A DNA stretch of 64,000 nucleotides from Candidatus Pacearchaeota archaeon (GTDB lineage Archaea > Nanobdellota > Nanobdellia > Pacearchaeales > GW2011-AR1): contig NZBT01000008.1 in assembly GCA_002688015.1 (NCBI GenBank), positions 2,852-66,851 of the forward strand, written 5' to 3'. The notes below the pieces were generated by a model that did not search any database, was not told where the DNA came from, and was given only the letters and a program-made list of their open reading frames with translations. This document shows positions 56,197 through 64,000 of the stretch, one piece after another (the stretch's first letter is position 1; each line of letters opens with the position of its first letter). The position numbers and the translations under genes are program-made.

Positions 56197-56883
56197 ATGT
56201 CTCTCACAATAGGGATTGACGACGCAGGCCGCGGGCCAATAATCGGTCCAATGATCCTATCAGGAATACTTGTAGATGAAAATTCTCTTCAAATTCTAAA
56301 AAAATACAATATAAAAGACTCAAAACAACTTCTTCAGAATGCAAGAATAGAATTAGCAAAAGTAATCAAATCTTCTGCGTTATCATATCACACTGTCTCT
56401 GTTTCCCCAAAAGAAATTGATTCAGCCTTACAGTCAGACAGGTTAAATTTAAACACGTTAGAAGCAATAAAAGCAGCAGAAATTATTAATGAATTAAATG
56501 ACAAAAAGCAAAAGATAAAAGTAATCATAGATTGCCCATCAACAAATACAAAGAAATGGAAGTCTGATTTACTAAACTATATAGAAAATCCACAAAATCT
56601 AGATATAAAATGTGAACACAAAGCAGATGAGAATCATATCGAAGCTGCAGCAGCCTCAATTCTAGCTAAAGTCAAAAGAGAGGAAGAAGTTAGTAAGATA
56701 AAAGAAAAGTATCCTGACATTGGTTCCGGCTATCCTTCAGATCCAAATACAAAAGCCTTTCTTAAATCTCAAGGAAAGAAAATAGGAGACACTGGAATAA
56801 TAAGAAAGACATGGAAAACATGGACAAACCTCCATCCTGAAGATAAAATCAAAAAAGGACAAGCTTCACTAACTGATTTTTAA
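56197..56883 (+). CDS. rnhB: Ribonuclease HII
   Basis: 'GIDDAGRGP', 'DSKQL', 'KAD', 'AASILAK', 'GSGYPSD', C-terminal PIP-box-like QASLTDF. Confidence 0.95.
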   Translation: MSLTIGIDDAGRGPIIGPMILSGILVDENSLQILKKYNIKDSKQLLQNARIELAKVIKSSALSYHTVSVSPKEIDSALQSDRLNLNTLEAIKAAEIINELNDKKQKIKVIIDCPSTNTKKWKSDLLNYIENPQNLDIKCEHKADENHIEAAAASILAKVKREEEVSKIKEKYPDIGSGYPSDPNTKAFLKSQGKKIGDTGIIRKTWKTWTNLHPEDKIKKGQASLTDF

Positions 56884-57288
56884 TTAAAGCAAATAAGTAC
56901 TCAATTCTTTAACAGGTTGAATAACTTCAACATCTATCTTCTCTGCATCTACTCTATCAATAATAGCATCTCCTTCTACAATTCTTTCATTACCTACTTT
57001 CTCAATAGCTTGTGTAACATGTCTTACAAGATCATCATCAGAATTACTTCCCATAGGAAATCGGTATACTAAGGTTATACTTTGGTGTTTTGTACCATTT
57101 ACCTCATATCTTACATCCCAAACTTCAGTTCTAACAGGAACTATCAAATTTGTTTCAGAATCTCTTCCCATAACTTCTCCTTCTCCTAAATGGGCATCAA
57201 AGACCTCATCTAATGTTTCAGGAATAACATATCTCCTTCTATGGTCTTCAACATCTATTCCATTTTTATAAGCTTCTCTAACTATCAT
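56884..57288 (-). CDS. Hypothetical protein
   Basis: 134-aa ORF, own TATA. Confidence 0.6.
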   Translation of the reverse strand: MIVREAYKNGIDVEDHRRRYVIPETLDEVFDAHLGEGEVMGRDSETNLIVPVRTEVWDVRYEVNGTKHQSITLVYRFPMGSNSDDDLVRHVTQAIEKVGNERIVEGDAIIDRVDAEKIDVEVIQPVKELSTYLL

Positions 57289-57322
57289 ATAAATTCCAAA
57301 AAGAATCAGCTTTTAAACCTTA

Positions 57323-57751
57323 CTAATCAATATCTGTTACAGTAAGACCTACAGTTCCGAAAGAAAAACTGCCAGGATATTTCTGAAGCCCTGCATCAGC
57401 TCTCTCATAAAAATTAAGTGTTCTTGAAGGAATCCCTCCCCTTTTAAGAATTCTAGAGAATTGCTCTGCCTTTCTTTCCATTTCTCTTCTAAGCCTATCA
57501 TATTCTGCCTTTCTCGCTCCAGTATATTCATCAGAACTCGTTGTTCTCTGATTTCTTTTTACTATCTTCGGAGAACTTAAATCAAAAAAAGACACACCAA
57601 CAAAGTGAATTCTCTCCATCTCCATAAGGGGATCATCATACCCCACTTTTATTAAAGGGGCTCTTCCAAAAACCTCGCATTCTCTTCCTATCTTATCAAT
57701 AACTTCTCTTAAATTCCCCGGTCTCAAAAAAAGCCTATAACATAACGTCAT
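57323..57751 (-). CDS. Hypothetical protein
   Basis: 142-aa ORF. Confidence 0.55.
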   Translation of the reverse strand: MTLCYRLFLRPGNLREVIDKIGRECEVFGRAPLIKVGYDDPLMEMERIHFVGVSFFDLSSPKIVKRNQRTTSSDEYTGARKAEYDRLRREMERKAEQFSRILKRGGIPSRTLNFYERADAGLQKYPGSFSFGTVGLTVTDID

Positions 57752-57771
57752 AGAGTCTCCAGAAAATTAAA

Positions 57772-58236
57772 CTATTTAAGAATTGTTATGTTTGTCTCTC
57801 TCTCTCTCTCTGCAAAGTAGTTAGCAGTCTCTGTCTTAAAATCCGAAAATAAACCAAGCACTCCATTCCTATAATCTGAAACGCCCCATCCAGGAGTAAT
57901 TTGAAATTGCATACCTGAAATTAAATTATTATCTTCTACAGAGGGGTCTCTATACCCTCTAAGAGATTCTAAATTTGCTCCTCGTTCTAGATAGCTCTCT
58001 CCGGCAAATATTGATGCGTTAACACTCGTCGAAACCGAGTGAGACTCAGCAACTGCACGAGGATCACCAAATCTTACACTCGTTCTTTCATTAATCTCAA
58101 AATACCAACTAATATCACATCTAGTCTTATTTGATAAATAAGTAAACAATTTTCTCAACTCATCTTGTCCAACTGGCTCTGGAAATTCTATCTTAGCTAA
58201 TTCAATTAAATCATCAAGTGTTTCCAATGTTGTCAT
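57772..58236 (-). CDS. Hypothetical protein
   Basis: 154-aa ORF, own TATA. Confidence 0.6.
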   Translation of the reverse strand: MTTLETLDDLIELAKIEFPEPVGQDELRKLFTYLSNKTRCDISWYFEINERTSVRFGDPRAVAESHSVSTSVNASIFAGESYLERGANLESLRGYRDPSVEDNNLISGMQFQITPGWGVSDYRNGVLGLFSDFKTETANYFAERERETNITILK

Positions 58237-58281
58237 GATTATTCTGGAAAAGTCTAATATTTAATAATTTCTATGCTCTTC

Positions 58282-61149
58282 TTAGTCCACTTTCAAGCTA
58301 AGAATCTTACTGACACCCTCATGCATACTAACTCCATACAGCAAATTACTCTCAATAATAATAGCATCATTATGTGTAACAACAATATATTGTCCTCTCT
58401 TCATATATTGCTTTAATAGTCCAGCAAGCCTTTCACTGTTCCTCTTGTCCAAAGCAGCATCAATCTCATCAAAAATATAAAAGTGATAAGGCTTATGCTC
58501 TTGTATCGCGAACAGCAGAGAAAGGGCAACAAGAGTCTGCTCCCCTCCAGAAAGAGAAGTCACATCAAAATATTTTCCTTTAGCTAATCTAACAATAATA
58601 CTAACTCCTCCAGCAAAAATATCTTCTTTATTCTCAATTTCAAGATAAGCTTGCCCCTTACTAGTTAGCTTGCTAAAGTTTTCTGTGAATAAATCGTTTA
58701 TTTCTTTAAATGTCTTCATAAATGTTTTCTTCTTCTTCTTATCAATTTCTTCAATAATTTTGAAAATCTCTTCTTTCTCTTTTCCTAGAGTTTCAACTTT
58801 CTCCTTTACTTGATCATACCCCTCTTTAACTCTGTCATACTCTTCTAGAGCTTGTAAATTAACTCCCCCAATCCTACTAATAACATCTTGACTCTTTCTA
58901 AGCCTTTCTTCTAACACATTAATACTTCCTTTAATTAATTCAACTCCTTTGAATTCCTGCAAATCTATCTTTAATGATTCCACAGATGCATCCAATCCAG
59001 CTTTCCCAACTTTCAAACTATTAATTTGATCTTCAACTTGTCTTATAGAATTGCTCAACTCACTCAATTCCAAATTATTCTCTTGAATCTGTTTTTGTAT
59101 CTTGTCCCTCTCTTCATACAATTTTTTAAATTCCCCACTTAACTTTCTCTCTTGCTCTTCCCTCTCTTCTAACTTCTCAGTCTTATTCTCAAAGTCTTCA
59201 GAAATCTCTTCAATTATTTCTTCACTCTCAGTTAAATCTTCTTTTCCTCTCTTAATATTATTCCTTATCTTTTCAAGTTCTTGCTCTTTATAGACAAGAG
59301 CGGTATTACTATCCTTTTCTGTTCTTGCACTTATTTCCTCAATTTCAAGAATCTTATTTTCATGCCTTTCTTCAATTTTTCCTAAACCTATGACTCTACT
59401 TTCCAAAGATTTTCTCCTTTCCTCTAACTTCTCTAAGTCAATCTTTATCGCCTTATCTTCTTCAACACTTTGCCTTAGCAATCCCTTCTTTTCAGAAATA
59501 TTTTTATGTCTTTCGAATTCCACTTCGCATGTTCTAATCTTCCCTTCCAATTCTTTAATCTCATCTCCTAATTTTATCTTTTCCTCTCCCAATTCTTTCA
59601 AACTTTTCTCAGCCTCTTCCTTCTCCCTTCCAAACTTCTCAATCTTCCTATCAGAGTCCAAAAAGACATGTCCTACGTGTTCCTTCGTCAGTTTACTCTG
59701 ACACAAGGGACAGAGGTCAATATTCTCCACATTCTTCTTATTTTCATTTGCTATTCTTATTTCTGCTTCTGAGATACCAAGCCGTTTTTCATTTTCAACT
59801 TCTTTCTTACCTACTTGGCTCAGCTTCCCTCTATTCTCCTCCAAATTATTAGAAAGAGATTTTATTGCTACTTTACAAGATTCAGAATCTTTATGTTCTA
59901 ATTCTTCAGAATCAGATTCTATCTGTTTAAGCAACTGATCAACTTCTGCCTGAACTTTTCCATACTGAATCTCCTTATCACTAATCCTATCTTTCAAACT
60001 TTCAAGTTCAGATTTTGCTTTGAGCAGAATTCGTCTCTCATTTTCTATTTCAGCTAATTCGTCTTTCTTTTTCTGAAGATCTTCTCTTTTCCTAGCCATT
60101 AATGGGCTCGACTTCCGCAAATCAGCAATCTCATCTTCTAATTCAGGAATACTTTTCTCAAGCTCTTCAATTCTTTTTTCAAAATCTTCTTTCCTAGATT
60201 CATGATTCTCTTTTCTAACTCTAAGACCTTCAACTTCAGCTTTCAAATTAGCAATCTCATTCCTCAACGTCTCCTGCTCCACACCTGTTGCTTTCCTTAT
60301 ATGTGCATTAATCTTATTAATTTGTTCAGAAAGGTCCTCAATCTTCTTATCAATTTCAAGACTTTTCTCCTTTATCTTATCTTTTTCTTCAGTTCTTTTT
60401 TTAATGCTTTCCACAAAACTTTCAATTTCTTTTTCCTTTCCTTCAATCTTCCTAGAAAAAATAGACGCCTTCGCTCTTCTGACAAGAGATTCATGATGTT
60501 TGAACTTCTCTGCTTGCTGTTTCTGTTCCTCAAGCTTATTAAGATAAATACTTCTCTCTCTTAATACAGTACTTATCTCTTTCAATCTTTCTTCTGTTTT
60601 TTCTAATTCTCTCACACTCTTTTCTTTCCTAGATTCATAAATCGCAATTCCAGCAACTTCTTCAATAATCTTTCTCCTTTCTTCAGAATGCATTCTCACA
60701 ATACTCTGTATCTGTCCCTGTAATATAATATTAAATCCATGAGGATCAATTCCAGCATGAGCCAATAACTCTACTACCTCTCCTCTTGTCTTAGTCTCAT
60801 CATTAATCTTGTAAATACTCTGCCCATTTCTCCTAACAACTCTCTTTAATCTTATCTCCCCAGAAGAAATGTTAAATACCTTATCAGAATTATCAAAAAC
60901 AAGCTCAACACTCGCCTCTCCAGCTGGCTTAACATATTTACTTCCCATAAATATAAGATTCTTAGCCTTAGCGGCCCTCATACTCTTTATGCTTAATCTT
61001 CCAAGAACAAAACACAAAGCATCACTAATGTTGCTCTTCCCGCTCCCATTAGGCCCTATAACAACATTAATACCATCATCAAACAGAACCTCAGTACGCT
61101 TAGCGAAACTCTTGAAGCCCTGCATCACCATTCTTTTAATGTGCGCCAT
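58282..61149 (-). CDS. smc: Chromosome segregation protein Smc, hinge-less with central CxxC zinc hook
   Basis: 'GFKSF', GPNGSGKSN, 'IILQG', 'GGVNLQALEEY', LSGGE, 'FYIFDEIDAALD'; CPLC at aa 480-483. Confidence 0.9.
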   Translation of the reverse strand: MAHIKRMVMQGFKSFAKRTEVLFDDGINVVIGPNGSGKSNISDALCFVLGRLSIKSMRAAKAKNLIFMGSKYVKPAGEASVELVFDNSDKVFNISSGEIRLKRVVRRNGQSIYKINDETKTRGEVVELLAHAGIDPHGFNIILQGQIQSIVRMHSEERRKIIEEVAGIAIYESRKEKSVRELEKTEERLKEISTVLRERSIYLNKLEEQKQQAEKFKHHESLVRRAKASIFSRKIEGKEKEIESFVESIKKRTEEKDKIKEKSLEIDKKIEDLSEQINKINAHIRKATGVEQETLRNEIANLKAEVEGLRVRKENHESRKEDFEKRIEELEKSIPELEDEIADLRKSSPLMARKREDLQKKKDELAEIENERRILLKAKSELESLKDRISDKEIQYGKVQAEVDQLLKQIESDSEELEHKDSESCKVAIKSLSNNLEENRGKLSQVGKKEVENEKRLGISEAEIRIANENKKNVENIDLCPLCQSKLTKEHVGHVFLDSDRKIEKFGREKEEAEKSLKELGEEKIKLGDEIKELEGKIRTCEVEFERHKNISEKKGLLRQSVEEDKAIKIDLEKLEERRKSLESRVIGLGKIEERHENKILEIEEISARTEKDSNTALVYKEQELEKIRNNIKRGKEDLTESEEIIEEISEDFENKTEKLEEREEQERKLSGEFKKLYEERDKIQKQIQENNLELSELSNSIRQVEDQINSLKVGKAGLDASVESLKIDLQEFKGVELIKGSINVLEERLRKSQDVISRIGGVNLQALEEYDRVKEGYDQVKEKVETLGKEKEEIFKIIEEIDKKKKKTFMKTFKEINDLFTENFSKLTSKGQAYLEIENKEDIFAGGVSIIVRLAKGKYFDVTSLSGGEQTLVALSLLFAIQEHKPYHFYIFDEIDAALDKRNSERLAGLLKQYMKRGQYIVVTHNDAIIIESNLLYGVSMHEGVSKILSLKVD

Positions 61150-61264
61150 GCAAAGATGTATGCTAATAGCTATTTAAAAATTCTCATATAATAAAAATCA
61201 CTCTCTTTCTTAAGGAAGGGGAAAAGAAAGTTACTAAAGAAAAAAATAAAAAAAATAAATTAAT

Positions 61265-62530
61265 TTAGTAGTAACTTTCGCCGAATTCTTCAGATTTCTC
61301 AGGCTGTCTTGTTAACAATACGATTAGGACAACTAAAAGTACCACAAAGATTATTGCAAGGACAACTGTCAATAAGACAGTACCGCTTGAACCAAATCCT
61401 CCTGAAACTCTTCTTGCTGTGCCTTCAACGTTTGCAGTAAAGCTTTCCGCTTTTACTAGTTCAGTACCAGAGTGGACATTAACTGCGAAGTTTTGCTTAC
61501 CATCTTTAAGTCCGGTAGCGCTTACTTTTACAGTTCTACTTGTGCCTGCAGGAACAGCTACAATTGGCTCGTCCGTATCAACAGATAAACCGCTTGATGA
61601 GTCAACAACGAATTCATACACTTGTACTTTACTTCCAGCATTTACAATTGTAATACTGTAGTCTTCTGTTTCTCCAACAGCAAATGTCTTGCTATGTACT
61701 GGTGAAACAATTATAGTGTCTGCGCTCGCTCCGTTAACTACAACTTTCCTTGTTAGAGATGTTATGCTATCTTGATTGAATGCTTCAATCTCAACAACGT
61801 ATACTCCAGCAGGGGCAGTTCTTGGAACTCTCAAGGCTAGTCTTCTTTCGTTTGCGTCTTCCTTGTCAGGATCTGACTGGTCAACTGCAGATAGATCTCC
61901 AAAGTATCCTCTGTCTTCTACTCCTAATGCAGGGATTCTTGCTACGACAAATGTGTCTTCAGCAAATCTTCTTCCTGTGTTCTTTAGAACAACGTCAATA
62001 AGTAATGCATCTCCTGCAGCTACTTCATTTGACATGTCTACGTCCAAGACACTTAGTGTATAGGATTCTCTCTGAACGCTCAAATCAATCTCAATTTCAG
62101 AAAGTCTTCCATCACTTTTACTCTCAATCAGAACAGTAAGAACAAAATCTTCTTCTGTTTCATCATGGTCGATGTCTCTTGGATCAGGTAGTGGAACAGA
62201 CAAAGTCTTTGTGTATGTTCTATCTGGCAAAACGTCAAATCTGCTTGTAACAGCAGAATTAGTACTTGCGCCTGAAAGCCAAGCTTTCACTCTGACATCC
62301 TGAACTTCTGCATTGTTTGGTAATTGGTCAGAAAAGAACTGAACTCTAACAGGAATTGTGTCTCCTGTAAATTCAGCAATCTTTCCACCGTTAAGTACGT
62401 CAATTCCATTGACTTCTACATCATCAATTCTGACGTGCTCATCTGTACCTGCTGCGCTTACAACAAAAGCTGAAAGAACAACAAGTGCAAGTACCGTAAC
62501 AATACCAGCTAAAATTTGTTTGGATGTCAT
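61265..62530 (-). CDS. Surface/S-layer-like protein with Ig/CARDB-like domains and C-terminal TM
   Basis: Signal peptide ending VSA, beta-rich 'V.L.NTG', 'I.NAG', TM plus 'EEFGESYY' tail; long T-tract terminator. Confidence 0.7.
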   Translation of the reverse strand: MTSKQILAGIVTVLALVVLSAFVVSAAGTDEHVRIDDVEVNGIDVLNGGKIAEFTGDTIPVRVQFFSDQLPNNAEVQDVRVKAWLSGASTNSAVTSRFDVLPDRTYTKTLSVPLPDPRDIDHDETEEDFVLTVLIESKSDGRLSEIEIDLSVQRESYTLSVLDVDMSNEVAAGDALLIDVVLKNTGRRFAEDTFVVARIPALGVEDRGYFGDLSAVDQSDPDKEDANERRLALRVPRTAPAGVYVVEIEAFNQDSITSLTRKVVVNGASADTIIVSPVHSKTFAVGETEDYSITIVNAGSKVQVYEFVVDSSSGLSVDTDEPIVAVPAGTSRTVKVSATGLKDGKQNFAVNVHSGTELVKAESFTANVEGTARRVSGGFGSSGTVLLTVVLAIIFVVLLVVLIVLLTRQPEKSEEFGESYY

Positions 62531-62626
62531 GTTTGTTTTAAAAATTTAGTTACTATTTCATCTTTATAGCCATATATAAACTTTATGGTGACAACAATAA
62601 ACCCGTAATTACAGAGTGACGAAAGA

Positions 62627-62659
62627 TTTATATAGATATACACAAGTATCTTCAAGTAT
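62627..62659 (+). promoter_or_regulatory. TATA box plus 10-bp-phased CAAGTAT repeats (putative operator)
   Basis: TTTATATA at 62627-62634; caagtat at 62643 and 62653. Confidence 0.5.
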
Positions 62660-62673
62660 ACCAAACAACAACG

Positions 62674-63024
62674 ATGAAGAATCAAAAAATTGAAATAACG
62701 ACGATAAAACTAAGGAAAAAGACTAAAACTCGTTTAGATAACCTAAAAGAATACAGAAGAGAGACATATGATGAAGTTTTGGAGAAAATTCTTGAAATCC
62801 TTAACCTCTCCCGTTCTAGCCCAGAAAGGGCAAGATCTCGTTTAGTTTCACTTGATAGAAAGAGTAGAAAATCAAACCAAAGAAAACAAAAAAGACCAAT
62901 AAAACCAAAACTTCCAGTTTCAGATAATCAAAACCCTCAACTTCAACAAAACAAAAATATAATTCCTACAAACCTACAAAGAACACAAGTAAGAAATGAA
63001 GAACATCAAAGACCTAGAAATTAA
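62674..63024 (+). CDS. Ribbon-helix-helix-like DNA-binding protein
   Basis: 'ITTIKL.K.TK.RL..LK....ETYDEVL..IL'. Confidence 0.65.
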   Translation: MKNQKIEITTIKLRKKTKTRLDNLKEYRRETYDEVLEKILEILNLSRSSPERARSRLVSLDRKSRKSNQRKQKRPIKPKLPVSDNQNPQLQQNKNIIPTNLQRTQVRNEEHQRPRN

Positions 63025-63500
63025 ACTGCCTTATTCAAATTCTGATCAATACTTCCTAGATTATCAATAATATGGACATGTAATTTCTCTATAATTATCG
63101 TTTGTAATTCTTCTTTAAGTCTTCCATGACACTTACTCAAATCTTTTTCTGGGTACACACCTACGCCTTTAGGATATGAACATTCCATTGATAGGCCTTT
63201 CAATCTTCCCGTGTCTAACGTTCCTTCTTTCGTTTGTAACAAATCAACAGCAACAACACAGTTCCCTTTCCTACTCTCCAAAATATCATATCTCCAAGAA
63301 GCTTCAGGCTCTTCATTAATATAGCTAGCTTTAGTACATCTTCTCATATTCTCTTGGAAACAAGAAAATCCTTGACAGTCAACTTTTCTCAAAGAAGAGA
63401 AGAAATAAACCCCTCCAAGAACTAACACCAAAACAATAATTGCCACTATCAACTCCTTTTTATGATCTCTCATAAGATCAAAATGATGCCTCTTATACAT
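63021..63500 (-). CDS. Membrane-anchored exported protein with six Cys
   Basis: N-terminal TM, 'C....CF......C', 'C', 'C', 'CHG.LKE'. Confidence 0.7.
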   Translation of the reverse strand: MYKRHHFDLMRDHKKELIVAIIVLVLVLGGVYFFSSLRKVDCQGFSCFQENMRRCTKASYINEEPEASWRYDILESRKGNCVVAVDLLQTKEGTLDTGRLKGLSMECSYPKGVGVYPEKDLSKCHGRLKEELQTIIIEKLHVHIIDNLGSIDQNLNKAV

Positions 63501-63534
63501 AACATGAATAAAAATTCAAGATATTTAAAACTTC

Positions 63535-64000
63535 TTAAAGACTAATCAAATTTATCTTTGTGTCCTCAACATCAGAAAAATTAGTAGCAGCAAGATGTTT
63601 TACTCCATTCTCTCCACATACTTTCATAATCGTCTTTGTAGCTGTTCCATCTAAAACTATGCCTAAAACACCAGACTTAGAACGTTCAAGAGCCCTGGAT
63701 ATCTCTCTAGATCCAACTTTTCTGATTATATCAAAATTAGAGTCTACTAAAGCCGCTACTCTTGTTCCCTTTATCTTAGCATAAACGCCTCTTGCAGCTT
63801 CTTTCACATCTCCATCATAATCTTTAACTTCTTCTTTTGTTTCTTTTACTCCTCTTGGTGCATAAGAACTTTTTCCCATTCCATTCCCATTCCACTTTGA
63901 ATACTCAGAAACAGGAACTTTCTTTCTAAGAGCAATAAGAATCTCTTTTCCTGCAAGCTCTTCAACTTCTTTTCCATCTGGAGCAACAGCAACATATTTC
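63535..64000 (-). CDS. dnaG: Archaeal DnaG-like protein, C-terminal part (runs off the window)
   Basis: Frame is open to the window edge: 'VAVAPDGKEVEEL.GKEI..ALR' (end of TOPRIM region) plus C-terminal 'IVLDG..T' domain. Confidence 0.8.
   Translation of the reverse strand, partial: KYVAVAPDGKEVEELAGKEILIALRKKVPVSEYSKWNGNGMGKSSYAPRGVKETKEEVKDYDGDVKEAARGVYAKIKGTRVAALVDSNFDIIRKVGSREISRALERSKSGVLGIVLDGTATKTIMKVCGENGVKHLAATNFSDVEDTKINLISL

Noticed and set aside
58282-61149. Calling the ATPase Rad50/SbcC because of the CxxC hook
   Set aside because: Head motifs (GFKSF, VNLQALEEY, DEIDAALD) are Smc-type rather than Rad50-type (DEPT), and no mre11/nurA/herA is adjacent.
1-64000. CRISPR array, IS element, prophage or recognisable defence system
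   Set aside because: No regularly spaced repeats, cas, transposase, capsid/terminase or known defence domains were seen.
1-64000. Alternative genetic code or stop-codon reassignment
   Set aside because: TAA, TAG and TGA all end conserved genes at their expected C-termini, and conserved proteins are uninterrupted.

Overview
AT-rich, very densely coded 64-kb chromosomal segment of an archaeon. The archaeal RNAP subunits, the L21e/L18e ribosomal proteins, BRE/TATA promoters, tRNAs without encoded CCA, unlinked 5S rRNA and many small membrane-anchored orphans point to a reduced DPANN lineage, most likely Pacearchaeota/Woesearchaeota-like (inference). Content, left to right: a surface-glycosylation locus (1-15.5 kb), secD/secF, a tRNA/5S cluster, rpoN, a MacB-type ABC exporter plus a COG1361-like protein, a gap-pgk-pfkB-D-2-hydroxyacid dehydrogenase operon, a DsbA with a CxxC membrane partner, the L21e-rpoF-DUF655-S13-S4-S11-rpoD-tRNA-Leu-L18e-L13-S9 cluster, xerA, a Na/Pi symporter, a surface subtilase, an orphan-rich patch, tatD, a TrmB-family gene, ileS, rnhB, smc, a surface protein and the 3' end of archaeal dnaG. 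No CRISPR array, IS or prophage was seen. Most notable: (1) a condensin-type Smc whose hinge is replaced by a Rad50-type CPLC zinc hook at its midpoint; (2) a tRNA-Leu with an AAG (A34) anticodon; (3) an unannotated ~40-nt hairpin RNA with its own BRE/TATA/initiator and U-tract; (4) near-invariant TATA-to-tRNA spacing implying 0-2 nt leaders; (5) a recurrent membrane-proximal (I/G)TG-x-V/A-V/I motif in unrelated exported proteins; (6) three small ribbon-helix-helix genes, each with 10-bp-phased operator repeats; (7) an initiator tRNA with C33 and A29:U41. All calls are from reading the sequence only; no database searches were run.
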